From the NCBI GenBank assembly GCA_051294905.1, contig CM119378.1, forward strand, positions 2,606,001 to 2,670,000: a stretch of DNA of 64,000 nt, in the 5' to 3' direction. The translations under genes were made by a program, and so were the position numbers. The notes beneath the pieces were generated by a model that was given only the letters and a program-made list of their open reading frames with translations, ran no database searches and was not told where the DNA came from. How positions within the stretch are numbered: the first letter of the stretch is position 1; each line of letters begins with the position of its first letter. Below, piece by piece: positions 38,101 to 51,760 of the stretch. This DNA is from Botryllus schlosseri (taxonomy: Eukaryota).

Positions 38101-41100
38101 GATCTAAAACAACCATCCTCTTTTTACTTGATGTATAGTTATGGGCATGAAAGTGAACAAGCCTGTATTAACTTTTTCTTTTTCTTCGCTGCTGTACTGT
38201 TTGTGATCGAAACTAGAATGTTGTTCGGAGACTACAAGCTACTATGCCAGCATGGCTATTGTTCATCACGATAGATACCATGATGGTACGGTACGGTATG
38301 TAGTAATGCGATGGCGCCTTGGCACTGGATTTCCATGTGCGAGAGGGATATTCTTGTTACATCGCTGCAAAATGCCGCGGACAAAGAGGCATTTTAAGGA
38401 AAACAATAAATTAGATTAGAACTAAAACTAGAGCATACAAGCATTTGACAAATTAGATTATAATTAGAGTTAGAGCATAGAAACATTTCACAAATTAGAT
38501 TAGAATTAGATTACTAGCATTTCGCTTAAATTTAGTGAAATTAGACCACTAGGATTTTCTAGTTGTCCAATTCTGTTCCACAGACATGATGTCGGATCTC
38601 TACGAGATATGTTTAGGATCACTATTCTATAGTCTGTGATTTCGTAGGTGTAATTGAAGGTGTATTTATTCAAAAAGTATAAAGCAACGACAACTGAAAC
38701 AGCAACGTCCACACTCCCCCGCAGCCCTCACGCTTCTCCCCGTCAATACCTAAAGCAGTCGCGATGTACTTATTTGTGCCATGGTTCACAGGACGCGCAT
38801 CACAATACCACATTCTCCCCTGATCTAAAGATCATAATAAGCTTACAGTTACAATGGTAACCCAAAGACAGCAACATAACTAAGCAAGCATGGAACCCCA
38901 GCCAAGGTAAAATAAACAATCATAAATCAACAGATAGACGATCCACCATCTTGGCGCGGCCAGTACTCGAATAAAGCCGATGTTTGATTAGGGTTCAGGG
39001 CTGTAATACTCCCTGCCCTCGTTGGCGACCATTTCTCTTTGACTGTTATCTTCAGGCGGTTCAGTTTTCATGATCGACCACTGTCTAAGGTATCATATTC
39101 GACACGTGTTCATGGATTTTCACGATCATTCGCAAAATGATAACTAAAAATGACAAATGCTGATCTTTACGGTACCGTACCATATTCTTTATGGATACGA
39201 GGATTTCCGCGGTTATTCAGAAAATGGTAATAGTTGACGAAAGCGCGTAAACCCGAGAAATAGTTGAAAAAAAGCGCGTAAACTGGGGAGGGGTCCCTCG
39301 AAAGCGCGTAAATCAACCAGAAGGCCCTGGGCGACCGCCTACCTCGCCTACCTGAAAAGCCACCACTTCACATAAGATAACCGATTGAATACTATACACG
39401 TTCCACGTCCGACCCGGTCCCACGTCTCACCGTTTGCAAAAGATTTGACCATTATACAACCATAACAATTTACAGCGCAGCTGGTAGCTATTGCTATGAT
39501 AGAACGATACCGTTCATTTTCAATTTCATTGTAGCGTAGAATACTACCCAGATGTTACAAGCAATAATCCGTAAATTTAGTAATGTGAGGATATATGTTC
39601 CTATCATACGGACTCTATGGTCGTTCACAATGCCTCGTTATGTTATGTCAGCTTATAACGAGTAGGTGATAGTTGTTTTAACCGAATTTAAATATATATT
39701 GAAGTACGGCAGAGTGTTCAATGCTTCAACTCAGCTATAACAAGGTTCTCCCTGTTAGTAGGGTTACCATATTTCGGAAATCTGAAAAGAGAACACTTTT
39801 TCATAATTTCTAAACTTGCAGAAACATTGTGTTTGGTTGACTAAAAAAAATACAATTTTCCTTCACACTGTCGGAAAGGAGGACAAAATCTCAAAACTGA
39901 GGACAAAAAGGCGTCCTCCGAGGACGCTTTCAAAACAGCCAAAAAAGAGGACAAATTCTCTTAAAAGAGAACGTATGGTAACTCTACCTCTAAGCCAACA
40001 TCATCTACACACGCGGGGAACTATACGCGACATATAGGTGTTACGATGTCAATCCAAGTCGATATCATGTACGACGAAATCAAATAATGCATACACAAAG
40101 ATCAGTGTACAGCACTCGGTGACTGGAAAAGAGGTGCAGTGATCAGATTTCCCCCATTGCGAGGGGTGTAACCTAAATCGAGCAAAGAGCATCTTAAAAT
40201 TTGGACTGTTGTGTATGTGTTACTGTTCCAAATTTAGAATAACTATGCAACAAGAGTCATGCTATAAAAATAACAAAAGGTTTATATAAATTTCTTTCAT
40301 TTGTTAAAACCAAAAGTGAAATTAGATTGGGTTTGATGATGTCATAAAATAGAAAATATATGACCAAGTTAAATGGCCGATTGATGCGATGAAGAAGTTA
40401 GCTGCATTTAAGTACCGATGCGGGAAGCTAGGATATATTGCCAGAAGTTGATCGTCACACATTAAATATTAGATAGTACGTTAGTCGTCGTCATTCTTGG
40501 CTTAGCGTGGATCTAAACATAGGACGGATAATTTCGGACCTTTTTGGATTCGAGAATAGGATAGTGTTCGGGCATATTAGAAGTTTAAAGTCGAAACTTC
40601 AAATGTTAATGTAATGCTATTAAATGAACCGTGTATTTGTCAGTAGAAACATCATGAGAGCGCAATTTGTGGTGTTAATTCTAAAGATGTTTTTGACCAG
40701 TTCCGAAACGGAAGACTTGAAACCGAACATATTTCGGAAATGATTAAAATACGTTTTTATAGTACGAGGAGCTCATCATTATGGATTAGGAGTATCAAGA
40801 TATTACCCAAAATGATATTTGCCCAAAATGTATAATTGTAGTCAGTAGTCTTGACGCATTGCATTAACGTTCGAATGTCATTTTATTAGTAAAAATCAAC
40901 GTTGAGATGAGATATCGAAATGACATATACTTCAAAACCGAGTTATTAAGCTCTGTTTTATGGTATCTTTATATGACCCTTTTAATGCATGTCGGAATGA
41001 AGATTTCATGCATGATACATGATATATATTTGTGTCAAGCAATAGTGGCTACTCGTCCTGTACCATTATTCGCATTTTGTGAACACTTATTAATCGCGTA

Positions 41101-42730
41101 TTTTGGTTATATGGTGATATACTTGTTTTAATGTAAGTAGCATATAATGCATTGTATTTCTTGAGTTACATATCTTGCACTCCAAAGATTAGATTGGAGA
41201 TGAGGCACGGTAATTGAAAAGTGAATGGCGTAATTTAATATTTGAACTGTAAATTCTTGTATGCTTCACTGCATTAATTGAACATCCGTAATATACCAAT
41301 ATGGGAACATGCATGCCTTTAAATATGAGGAAGGCATATATCTGTTGGCGATAGCCGTATAGATTATGGATTGCTGTTTATGTATACCGTACAGCTTTCG
41401 TTGAAGTTGAAACTAACTGCCACGACGGCCCATAAGACGCCATTTCACACATGGATCGTTGTCAAACAGCACAGATGTGATTAAAAATAATTACGACAGA
41501 GTGTAGGCTATAAGGTCGTAGGCAGATAACTATTCTTAAAGAAGGCCATTAGCAAAATTAGGTGATCTTTTTGGCAACTAACTACCGATAGGTAGGTGAT
41601 TAGTAAAAACTACCCTATCTATATACAACACAAAGCTGACACGCTTGTTATGGGTAACAAAGGTGTCTGAAGCGAATGCGAAGGATTAGCCTATGTGGCT
41701 ATTTCCGGTTTGTCTGTAATTGTTACATACATGCAAATATTCTTTCGCTTTATAATGATGGCGCCACCATTTTCCGTGTCTGTGAACTTTTACAGTGAAA
41801 TGGCGTTGCAGTGAATTGGCAATATATGTACTGTATGTATTATATAATATTCGTCACATCATACCCACATATTGCGCACTCGGTAGAGGTAATTCAACTA
41901 AGCCAAAGCAAAAACATTACTCTCGAAACAGCGAGTATCGAAAGAGGAATCCGGTATCAGACTACATTATCCTGAAAGGATATTAACGATAGCATTTGAA
42001 GAGATTCAGCGTCTTTTGGGGATTGCAGCGTGATGTTCGGATGTTCGGATGTCCACTCGAAAGGCAGTACACGATATATGAGATCGTGTACAGCTTGGAT
42101 GAAAGGTGCCGGAAGTGCTCTATGAAATTGAAGATCCGAATTTGGGACGAGCCAAAACAGTACGAAAAACGCCGGACGAAACTCCACGTACTGTTAGAAT
42201 TTCCTCTCCACCAAGAGATGCGAAGGTATATTTGGTACTAAAGGAAGATACGGGCGCCTCAACTATATTATTGAATGAGTATTTACATCTGAAAGTTTGG
42301 AAGACTCTTTTAAACGGTCCAGTGCGATTTGGGTGTTGGCTGCTGCTGTGTAAGTTGTTAATGAGGTAATATCGGTAGCAAGTATAGAACCCCGTTTTGC
42401 ACTCTGCTCAATACCAACGTAGAAATACTCAGACGCCGAATACATTGCCGGTCTGGCCTAGACCGTTCAAGCGTAAGTTTATATTCCCTTGCACATCCTC
42501 GTCGAAAATGTTGGCAAAGCGACGGAAGATACGGATTTTATGGGAATAAAACGTCAATATATACTTCAGCCTTGTGGCATTATGTGGCCCGACTCGTCGC
42601 TAGATATGGTGTACATTAATACAGGCTATCTTTTCACAAAAATGTAGCGTTGACATTACTAATATGACGTCACGTGACGTCACGAGGTTCACGTTCGCGT
42701 TCACACAGAACCTTTCAAAAAGGTTCGAGT
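35130..42730 (+). repeat. Segmental duplication copy 2 (includes MITE A 35459-36420, hAT 36767-38575, MITE C 39759-39986 and a MITE A half ending at 42797)
   Basis: Near-identical to 1-7600. The true left edge cannot be set because copy 1 starts outside the window. Confidence 0.97.
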
Positions 42731-43698
42731 TCACACATGGCCTAGTAGGCCATGGTTCACACGAACCCGAACCTTTCAGAGGTTCACACCATCCCTAGAG
42801 AAAACCTTACGGACGTCACGACCAGCAATCATTCCTATGCTCCACCGTACACGAAATTGAATCAACCGCCGAAAAACGACAAGTCAACCAGTTGCCGGGC
42901 AATTATTCCCAAGCCCCGTCACGAAATTGGATTAACCACGGAACGACAGGTCAAGGCGCACCGCACCGATTTGTCGGCAGGCAACTATTACCAAACCCCA
43001 TCGTGCACGACCGAAGTCAGCTTTAGGTCGTGGAAAATACAGTAAAATTACAATGAATTATAATAAATCATATCCCAAGCTTCGTGTCAGGCCAGAGTAC
43101 AAACGTCAATCGAGCCGAGATATATTCTTGGCTAATTCTTTTTTATCTGTAGCGTCACTTATTCCCCCTTTTTGATTGCCGCACAGAGGGTCATAAAAGT
43201 ATTGCTGCAAAAATGTGAATCAGGCAATTCTTTCATTATCTATTACACTGATAATCTTTGTTTGTTTATTATAAATCTTGCATGCGCCCATTCCGCCCAT
43301 TTGTATAACAACTTACGAAGCATATAGTGCAAAGCTACGAATGTTACTGGAAATAGCACATTTCCGAAGTCATGATCATCCCACAACATTGTCACAAAGC
43401 GCAATGAAATCGGTATGGTCGAAATAATATCGAAGTATCTTTAATGTGATGGATGACAGGCATTATATTCTTTGTGGTCGCATGAAAGGTACATATTTTA
43501 ACTTTGACATATTATATTCTGTTATGACGTCATAATGAGTGATACTCGATTACTCGACTCAACTCGATGCATATTACGTGATTCAGAATCGAATCAGTCA
43601 TATACTCGATTTTGCCCAACTCTAATTACGATATCTCGCACGGTCGAGTATCCGTGTATAACTCATTATGGCGTCACAACTGTGTGGATAAAGTAGAA

Positions 43699-44000
43699 GG
43701 TTGCCCGACATATGAGCATGCGACACAATGGAAAACGACAGTTCAGCATGGAACACATCAGCATGCGTCACTTCAGCATGTGACTGTATAACCCAAAAAC
43801 TTACCCTAACCCGAAACATAGCCTAACCTAACCTAACCTAGCCTAACCTAACCTAAACCCTAACCCTAACCCAACCATAAACCTAACCTAACCTACCCCT
43901 AACCCGTAATTTAACCCACATGCTCATGTGTCGCATGCCAAATTGTCGCATGCCGAAGCGTCGCATGCTGTAATGTCGCATGCTCATATGTCCACGGACC
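43699..44000. mobile_element. Small MITE with an internal CCTAA/CCCTAA tract
   Basis: Inverted repeats GACATATGAGCATGCGACA / TGTCGCATGCTCATATGTC; GG...CC ends; 9-bp TSD AAAGTAGAA. Confidence 0.85.
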
Positions 44001-46696
44001 AAAGTAGAAAGCTCAAATATCTGCCTTTTGTCCGACCACAAAGAATACAATGCCCGTTCTATAACACATTTTCCCACCATTCCTATTGCATTGCACTTCG
44101 TGGCAACGCTGTGGTTTGATCATGAATTCACGGACTTACCACTTCATTAACGTGTATAGCATTGTACTACATGTTTCGTATGTTGTGATACGACTAATCG
44201 AGGTTTACAGTCTTTCGCAGTGGAAAACACTCAAGAAGCTAAATATCTCATTGCAGAAAGATGGATAAATTTCAGTAGCCTACTCGAAAAGCTAATAATT
44301 TACTGATGACTTGAATTATTAGAGCTATACTCGATTCAGATTGGAGTAGGGCCTACTCGGATCTATCTGCTCAGCCCTATTTACCAGTACCGTACTGATG
44401 TTTCATTCAAAGTACACTAATGCATTGTAAACATAAGTGGGCAGATTTCATAGTTTTACAGTTGCTGTCTTTTGTATGAATATATGTCATCTTCCAGCAT
44501 ACTATACTGGCAATAACTCCACAGAGACAGCGATCACCCCACTTCCGCATATATTGCCAAGTCGGTATATACACTTTGAATCCCTTCCACCATAGAACGG
44601 GCCTTTCTGTGTTTCAGTTGCGTTTTCGTGACAGAGTCCATTGTAACTTTGGCTACTCCATCTCTCAGCTATAGCTACGCAAATACATTGCCTTCTCATC
44701 GGAAAAATAAGCTGATCATTGCGGAACAGCTGCCCTTTCTCTACATTTGCGCTGTCAGTCGTAGCAAAGCCAAGATTTCCTCTACAAATGTGCCCACTTT
44801 GAGAAAATGCACTCAGATTAAGTGTAATGTCTGTCGACGTGGTTAATTCGTCCAATGCTAGGCTACAGTAACGTACTCGGCATTTTAAATTGGTTCAGCA
44901 ACTGCGATAAAAGATTGTGTGTCATTGCGACTACTCTTTTGGTTCAGGTTGAATCAGACAACTGCAGCTTCCAGATTTGCCTGGTAATCTAAATTCGGTG
45001 AGTTCACACAGGCAGAAACAGGCTTCCGAAAATTCCCACCTTCTGTAGTTGGCTTCTCGGCTTTAGCGATATTACCACCAATTTTGAACGCCCCCCCCCC
45101 TTTAACGCTGTCGGCGCTTTTAGAAATGCCACGAAATATAGATTGCCCGGCTTCACATCTATAGGCAGTAACGTTTGATTTCCTTATAATATCATGTTAT
45201 TTTTTGTTAGCCTTAGACAAGACTGTAACAGTGTAACATCATCACCACGTTAAACGTATATACGTAGGCTACTAGATATATAGCAGTGGTTCCGAGCCAG
45301 ATGCAATCGGGGCCATTAGTACTTAATATGCCTTTGTTAATGCGTTGTTTTGTTTGTTTCACACATTATACAGCAGTGAAGCTTACCGCCTTATTGGCCA
45401 TCTGCGCGAAGACAATATATTCAGCAATGTTCGCTGATAGTTCGGCTTTTTCACTGAGCATATTGAATATGTCAGGGTAAATCACATCGTTTCGCTTGCA
45501 AATTCTGTATTTGTGAGTAATATAGATAAATGCTATTTAATTTACAAGTTACTGTGTTATGACCTTTACATAAAGCACCTAAACCTTCTATTTGCCGAAA
45601 AGAGCACGACGCGAAACATGACTAGCAGCGCACAACTAAAGTACCAAAATATGACAGAATAGCAGCGGCATAATATACAACGGAGAAGATCGCTAAATCA
45701 AGTAATAATTGGTTAACTAAAACATAAAGGACGAGACGAAGGACGGAAAAAATACTTCACCCCATACAGTTTTACACAATTGCTTACTGCAACGTAAAAT
45801 CATCATGGACGTACGTAATATCTTTAAGTCCAGTGTTGACCGAGAATCCCATATAAATCAGAGGTATGAAAAATTTCACATTGAATTAAACGTAACAGAA
45901 GATAACATAAAGGAAAAACGATAAAAATGAAGTGGCACGTTTCGGTATTCGAGGTCGATATGTTGGATCGTGGGCCGGTAATCTCGATTACTGATTACTA
46001 GGCAAGTTTTTGTTGCAGTCAAATCCGTGGAAAGTTGCACTTATTTTTCACAAAAGTTGCATTTAATTTTCACAAAAGTTCACTAAAAAGTTGCCGTTAT
46101 GGAAAAGTTCTTTGAAATTATTAGGGTATGAGATACTCGAATCGTTCCGATCCAAGGCACTGTCGCAAAACTAAATGTTGGCGGCAAACAAAATTGACCC
46201 AGTCAAAATATAATCTTCGGCGGATTAGCTTGAATGTACGTCGAATCAGAAAGGACATCAAATCTAATCGACGGTGAAATAATCAAGCGATCTATTTACA
46301 TATAGTTTCAAATATTTCCAGTAAAACGTTGGTTGCATAAAAAAAATCGAAAATACTTACAAAAAGTTGAATAAAAAATCGAAAGGAGATGCAAAAAGTT
46401 GCATGAAAGAGTAATGAAAAGTACTACTGCCGGAAGTTGTAAAAAAAGTTGCAAAAGTTGCCAAATGTTGCTCTACTGATTATACTAATTAGCATTTAGT
46501 ATTTCCTAAATCTTGTGACATTCCTCTTCCTTTTACCGATTAGGATTACTACGGATTCGGTGTATTATGTAGACTGATGGGGGGGGGGGGGGGGGGTACG
46601 TACAGGTTTTGAGTAAATGTTTAAATGGTATATCATTCCGACACAAGTTGAATAGCACCATACCGCCATTGAAAGGGATCTTATCAGCGATAAATG

Positions 46697-47264
46697 CAGG
46701 GTTGTAACTTAGTCACAAAGCACCGAGTCACAAGTCAATCTCAGTTTTATCGTTTTGACTCGAGTCATTTTCAATTCACCACCGAGTCAAGTCCGAGTCC
46801 AAGTCAGCGAAAAGAGGGTCGAATCCGAGTCACGGTATTATGACCCGAGTCGAGTCCAAGTCATTGTGTTGACTGCTCAGATCCCTGTTAATGTTTTGGT
46901 AAACCCACCTTTCATAATCATAACTCTGTTTGGTGATATCGAATGGTTCGCATTTATAATATACTAATTTTCCTCACTTTTAGCAGTTTCTGGCCACATT
47001 GTCAAGTACCAGTACCAATAGACGAAATCCCAATAGTGTGGCTACTTTACTATTCTTCGAAATTGCAATGAAATGTCGGTCTAGGGCTAGGCGGTCTGCG
47101 TCTCGAGTCATATGACTTGGCTCGAGTCATGCACAATGACTCGAGTCCAAGTCGAGTCAACACAGAAATTGACTCGAGTTGAGTCGAGTCATATCCGTAT
47201 TTTCAGAAAATCGCGACTCGAGTCTGACTCGAGTCGAGTCATGACTCGAGTCATTACAACCCTG
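46697..47264 (-). mobile_element. hAT MITE family D, second copy
   Basis: TIR CAGGGTTGTAA; 8-bp TSD GATAAATG. Confidence 0.95.
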
Positions 47265-47475
47265 GATAAATGACGACCGATAGATGAATGCATGGAGCAA
47301 CATTGCCGTGAATAACATCGAATAATTATATACCAAAATCTACAACTGTTCAGTGTGCAGTGTGCACTCAAGCCCAAGGCAAGAGGTTGAATCGCATTGT
47401 AGGCCTGAACATTGAGTGAGATACATTCTTAATATGAATACTTGGTTGCGCCGATAGCAGACGATATATATAAAC

Positions 47476-47592
47476 GTAAGACCTTAGTAGCTTTCACACT
47501 CTATTTAACGTCCACTTGCGAATGAATATAACTTTATTATATTCATTCGCAAGTGGACGTTAAATAGAGTGTGAAAGCTACTAAGGTCTTAC
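47476..47592. repeat. Perfect hairpin with ~56-bp arms
   Basis: GTAAGACCTTAG...ATATAA [CTTTA] TTATAT...CTAAGGTCTTAC; direct repeat TACATTCTTAATATG at 47422 and 47590. Confidence 0.9.
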
Positions 47593-48133
47593 ATTCTTAA
47601 TATGGGAGTTGTTACTACTTCGCCAATACGAGCGACGCGCGAACTTACCGTATGGACCCCGGATGTGCGTAAATCCCCCAAGTAAATCGTATACGTTGTT
47701 CATCATTCAACGTGGGTGAAGAAATCTAAGGTAGTGATCATAATTATTATGATTTATAAAATCGTATATTTGTGCTTTTAGAGTCAGAGGTTTTTGTACC
47801 ACGAAAATTGAGGCACTTAGACCTATATGATGCAAATAAGATTTACAATATGACTTATATAGAAAATGACTGGGCATCAGTGAAATCTGACGCCTTGATT
47901 CCCGTTAAAATTCCAATACATAGACGATAATGTTGGCATTGGTTAAAGATTGCATAGCGAGAAAGGAAAGTTATATTCCTGTTCGACACGTAGCATATTA
48001 CAGTGCGTGGTACACCATTTTTACGTTTACTCGAAGCTCGCCGCCCCTTGACAAGATAACTTCTGATTCTGTATAGTAAGCCTAATTTAGGTAGGTCAAC
48101 CTTCTTGCTATTCATGGCAGTGCTTCGATTCCG

Positions 48134-49175
48134 CAGGGGTCGGGAACATTTTTTGTCTGAAGAGCCATATTGGCCCTATTTTTGACATTTTAACTTTTAA
48201 AGAGCCATACCTGTAAATTGTTACGTCACAATTGAAAATTCGTAACGTCACTGTAGCACTTATTCGAACTCACTACATGGGATTCGTCGTGTGCACCACA
48301 TTTTATCTGTAAAAACTCGTACTAATAATGCTGGTTGCCTTATTTTAGCACGCGAAACTTGAGTTACGAGAACGTAGGTTCGTTGTGATGCTCCTTTTAA
48401 ACGCGAGAACCCATGATCACATGCATAGGTCGAAACAAACATGGTCACTACAGCAGTATATATGCCTAATTGCCTCAGTAACGTCGGGTCAGGGGAGGCA
48501 AGTAAGGCAGTGCATTACCTAAGCTATTGGTATTTTCTATCTATGTTCATGAACGCAAAGATTTAAAACATTTTCTCCCAAAATGACACAATTTGCATAT
48601 TTAGTATTCGAAAATAAAGCACGAAACGAGAGGCAAGGCATATTGATAACGCAATTCATTGTAACTAACTTAGAATTTGTTATAACTGATATCAATCGAA
48701 TGTAACTGCAACGATTCCAAAAATGTAAATACTGATCGACTTTTCAATTCTCAAAGTATTCGGTGTTAACATATAGTGTTGCGATACACGCCTACATTTT
48801 ATCGCCGATACTACAGAGCTACTTACCATGTCGCCATGTCTGCTATTCTCTTTGATCAAATGATCAATCAACGTATTGGGCAATCCAAGATTTCGAATCG
48901 GGCACATCGAATTCGCGATTGATATTGGTCGCCGGCGCGATAGTAACTTAAATTTGAGGATATTAAAAATAGTGGGTCCGAGCGCCTAAACCCGAAGACG
49001 ACATTGTCTTTACCTCTAACAGACATGATTTACTGCCACGAGAATGATTATTATGTACTAACAAGTTGCTGCAATATTGATCAATTCAGTACAAAAATAT
49101 ATATTTGGCAAAGAGCCATAACTTATACCCAAAAGAGCCATATATGGCTCGCGAGCCATAGGTTCCAGACCAGTG
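48134..49175. mobile_element. hAT element family G, shorter inverted copy
   Basis: Termini CAGGGGTCGGGAAC...GGTTCCAGACCAGTG; body matches the reverse complement of both ends of 14207-16323. Confidence 0.85.
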
Positions 49176-51760
49176 AGTAGCATATGGTCGAAGAGTTGCG
49201 GCCCGTCTGGACATCATATACTCATGTTAAATTGGCTACCGGGAACTTCGCACCGCGGAGGGCGCTTGTGGTGTTTTGTTCCATCACTCATTTGTTGAGA
49301 TGTATCTTACGTATAAACGTTTTTAATTGTATCAGCAGAACATCGCCGCAGGTGTACTATCTATGCACCCAAATCGCGAGTAAAAATCTTAGGAAAAGTA
49401 ATCGGGATGACCATTCTTGTCTTTTTACATCTGGATAATTTATTTCGTCAATAATATTGGTGGTTTCATCTTTCATGTATTACTGTCAATTATATATCCA
49501 TTTCAGGACACGTGATCAGATTAAACGATAGAGCTGATGGCCTTCGAAAGTTTTGGGTACAAAATTTATAATGATGCATCTTCCAGTTTTTTTATTAATC
49601 ACTTTGTAGAATGTTGGTATTTTTGACCTCCTATCAGGATTGTAGGCATAGTCGAAATAAATGTTGGAATCCGCCAAACATACGAGTAAAACCTTCATTC
49701 GTGAGACGCCTACTATTCCGACTTGGTATTTTTTTATTCGGTATATTGGCCCCCTCTGATCTGTCGAAATAAGTATAAACGAGGCAGCAACTGTTTTGAA
49801 ATGCTAAACACTAATTAGGGCTCGAGATTTCCGGACCACCTTCTAGCACAGTGGTTCTCAAACTCGACCCCTGAGACACCCTGTCTACGCCCCTGCAATG
49901 AGGTATCTGCGCTATTTTCAGGCATCGCGCAGAAAGTACCAATTCAATATTTCTGAGCTCTCGCGATGCATGGCTTTCTCAAGAATCATTACAGATCGAT
50001 GTCGCAAGCGAAACATATGTCAACTCCATCCTGTTCTACTCCAAAACGAGCCAATTAGTCCGTTACCAACGTACAAATGACGGGGAGAAACATTTGCTTA
50101 TGATATCACAAAAGGAATGTAACTTAGGAGATATACGTACAGCTGATATGAACATTGCACGATATATTGTACGCCCGGTCAACATGTTCTGAAGGATAAA
50201 CATGCCTGTTTATTGTGATAGCTAGTCGTCATCGGCCCATTTTAATGCGGATCTGGTACACCCCATCTGAGGGGTACACCCTTTCAAAATTTTGGTACAC
50301 CCTGGTGTACGATACACCCGGTTGAAGAGCCCTGGTATATTATACTCAAACAAGATATATTCGTTTCGACGTGATGTGACCGACTCGTAGATCAGCATGT
50401 CACGAACTCACGATGTTACCATTGGATGTCGAGAGACAGCCATTGCGGTCGCAGAGTTATAAATTATATGCAAGGCAAGGCTCCATCTGGAAATCTGGAT
50501 TTCAAAAGAAAGATACTGTGCATAACATCTACTATGAGATTAAATGCTATGACACGCATCGACATTTACTCATGCAGATTATACTCATGCGAAAGAATGT
50601 AAATACACGGTAAACCATTCAGTTCTCGTGATGTCTACCGTCGTTCTGACGGTGATCAGTTCAGTTCACTTTCAGTTGCGTGGTTATACAGAGGCGAGTG
50701 TTCGTCATTCACAGTGTAAGACCAGCAATGCTTCACTGAAATGAAAACAGCGCCAATAATGTCGACAACGTGTTATCTAAACGCTGCATGCAGGAACACA
50801 GCATATGGCAGCAGTGAACAAGAGCAATGAGAATGGCGTTTTGCAAGGCTGCATTAGTTTATGGGGCTATCAATGGATTCTGGATTGGTTTCTGCTATAG
50901 CCTACAAGGCGTAGACTGTATTAATTGGTATTTGCATATCAATCCATGCCGACACTTTTTGTAGGGTCGGACACAGTGATTCACAAACTATGTGAATGAG
51001 CATGGTATGGTCACATACGATATGAGCAAAGTTATTTCCTCTATCAGTAAATGGACTAAAACAGATGCTAGGCTGCGTGAGTGACTATATGCAGGAGCAG
51101 GTCAAGGGATGGGGTTTACGATAATAATGTTGAATGTCGTTAAGATTCATCGCTCCTTGAATTTCATGACTGCAAGTTTCTACAGGACTGATTTGAAGGT
51201 CATTGGACCCATCAAGTTACTGTCCGTAATTCACGTGATTTATTCATCTCTAACTTCAAAACTTTGCTAGCCTTCGAGAAGACTGCAACATTGTGATCAC
51301 GTATAGCGGCAGGATACTAGTCATGGCAGTGGTTCTGAACCAGATGCTTTCGCTTACACTAATGCTGCATTGTTTTGTTTGTTTCGCACGCGACTCTTGC
51401 CGCCTTAAGTTATAACTTATGAGGTCATGTGCGCCACGACAATGACTTCAGAAATGTTCAGTGTTCAGTGACGGCCAGGCTCACCGTCACTGTGGGGCTG
51501 GGCATTATCTATAGGTCTCTGTCACCGATGGAATAGCCTAGATAAACCTACCACACATAGAAAATAGACAGAAACGGGGTTCTATGTCTCTTCCACTGGT
51601 GCTGTGACGGTGGCGCATAACCATCTCCGCTACACGTGATTTCAGTAGTAGGTGGTGAAATGTTCGCCTTTTTGCGGTGCGGATATAGCATAACGGGCCG
51701 CAGGATGGCAATCTTTGCATCGAGGGCTGCAGATTTATGAAAATTAGGGGTGACTATGAC

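Noticed and set aside
43800..43915. Telomere-like CCCTAA/CCTAA tract
   Set aside because: Degenerate and internal to a TSD-flanked MITE, so not a telomere or fusion site.
46578..46596. Poly-G run
   Set aside because: Simple homopolymer with no supporting context, and its length is unreliable.
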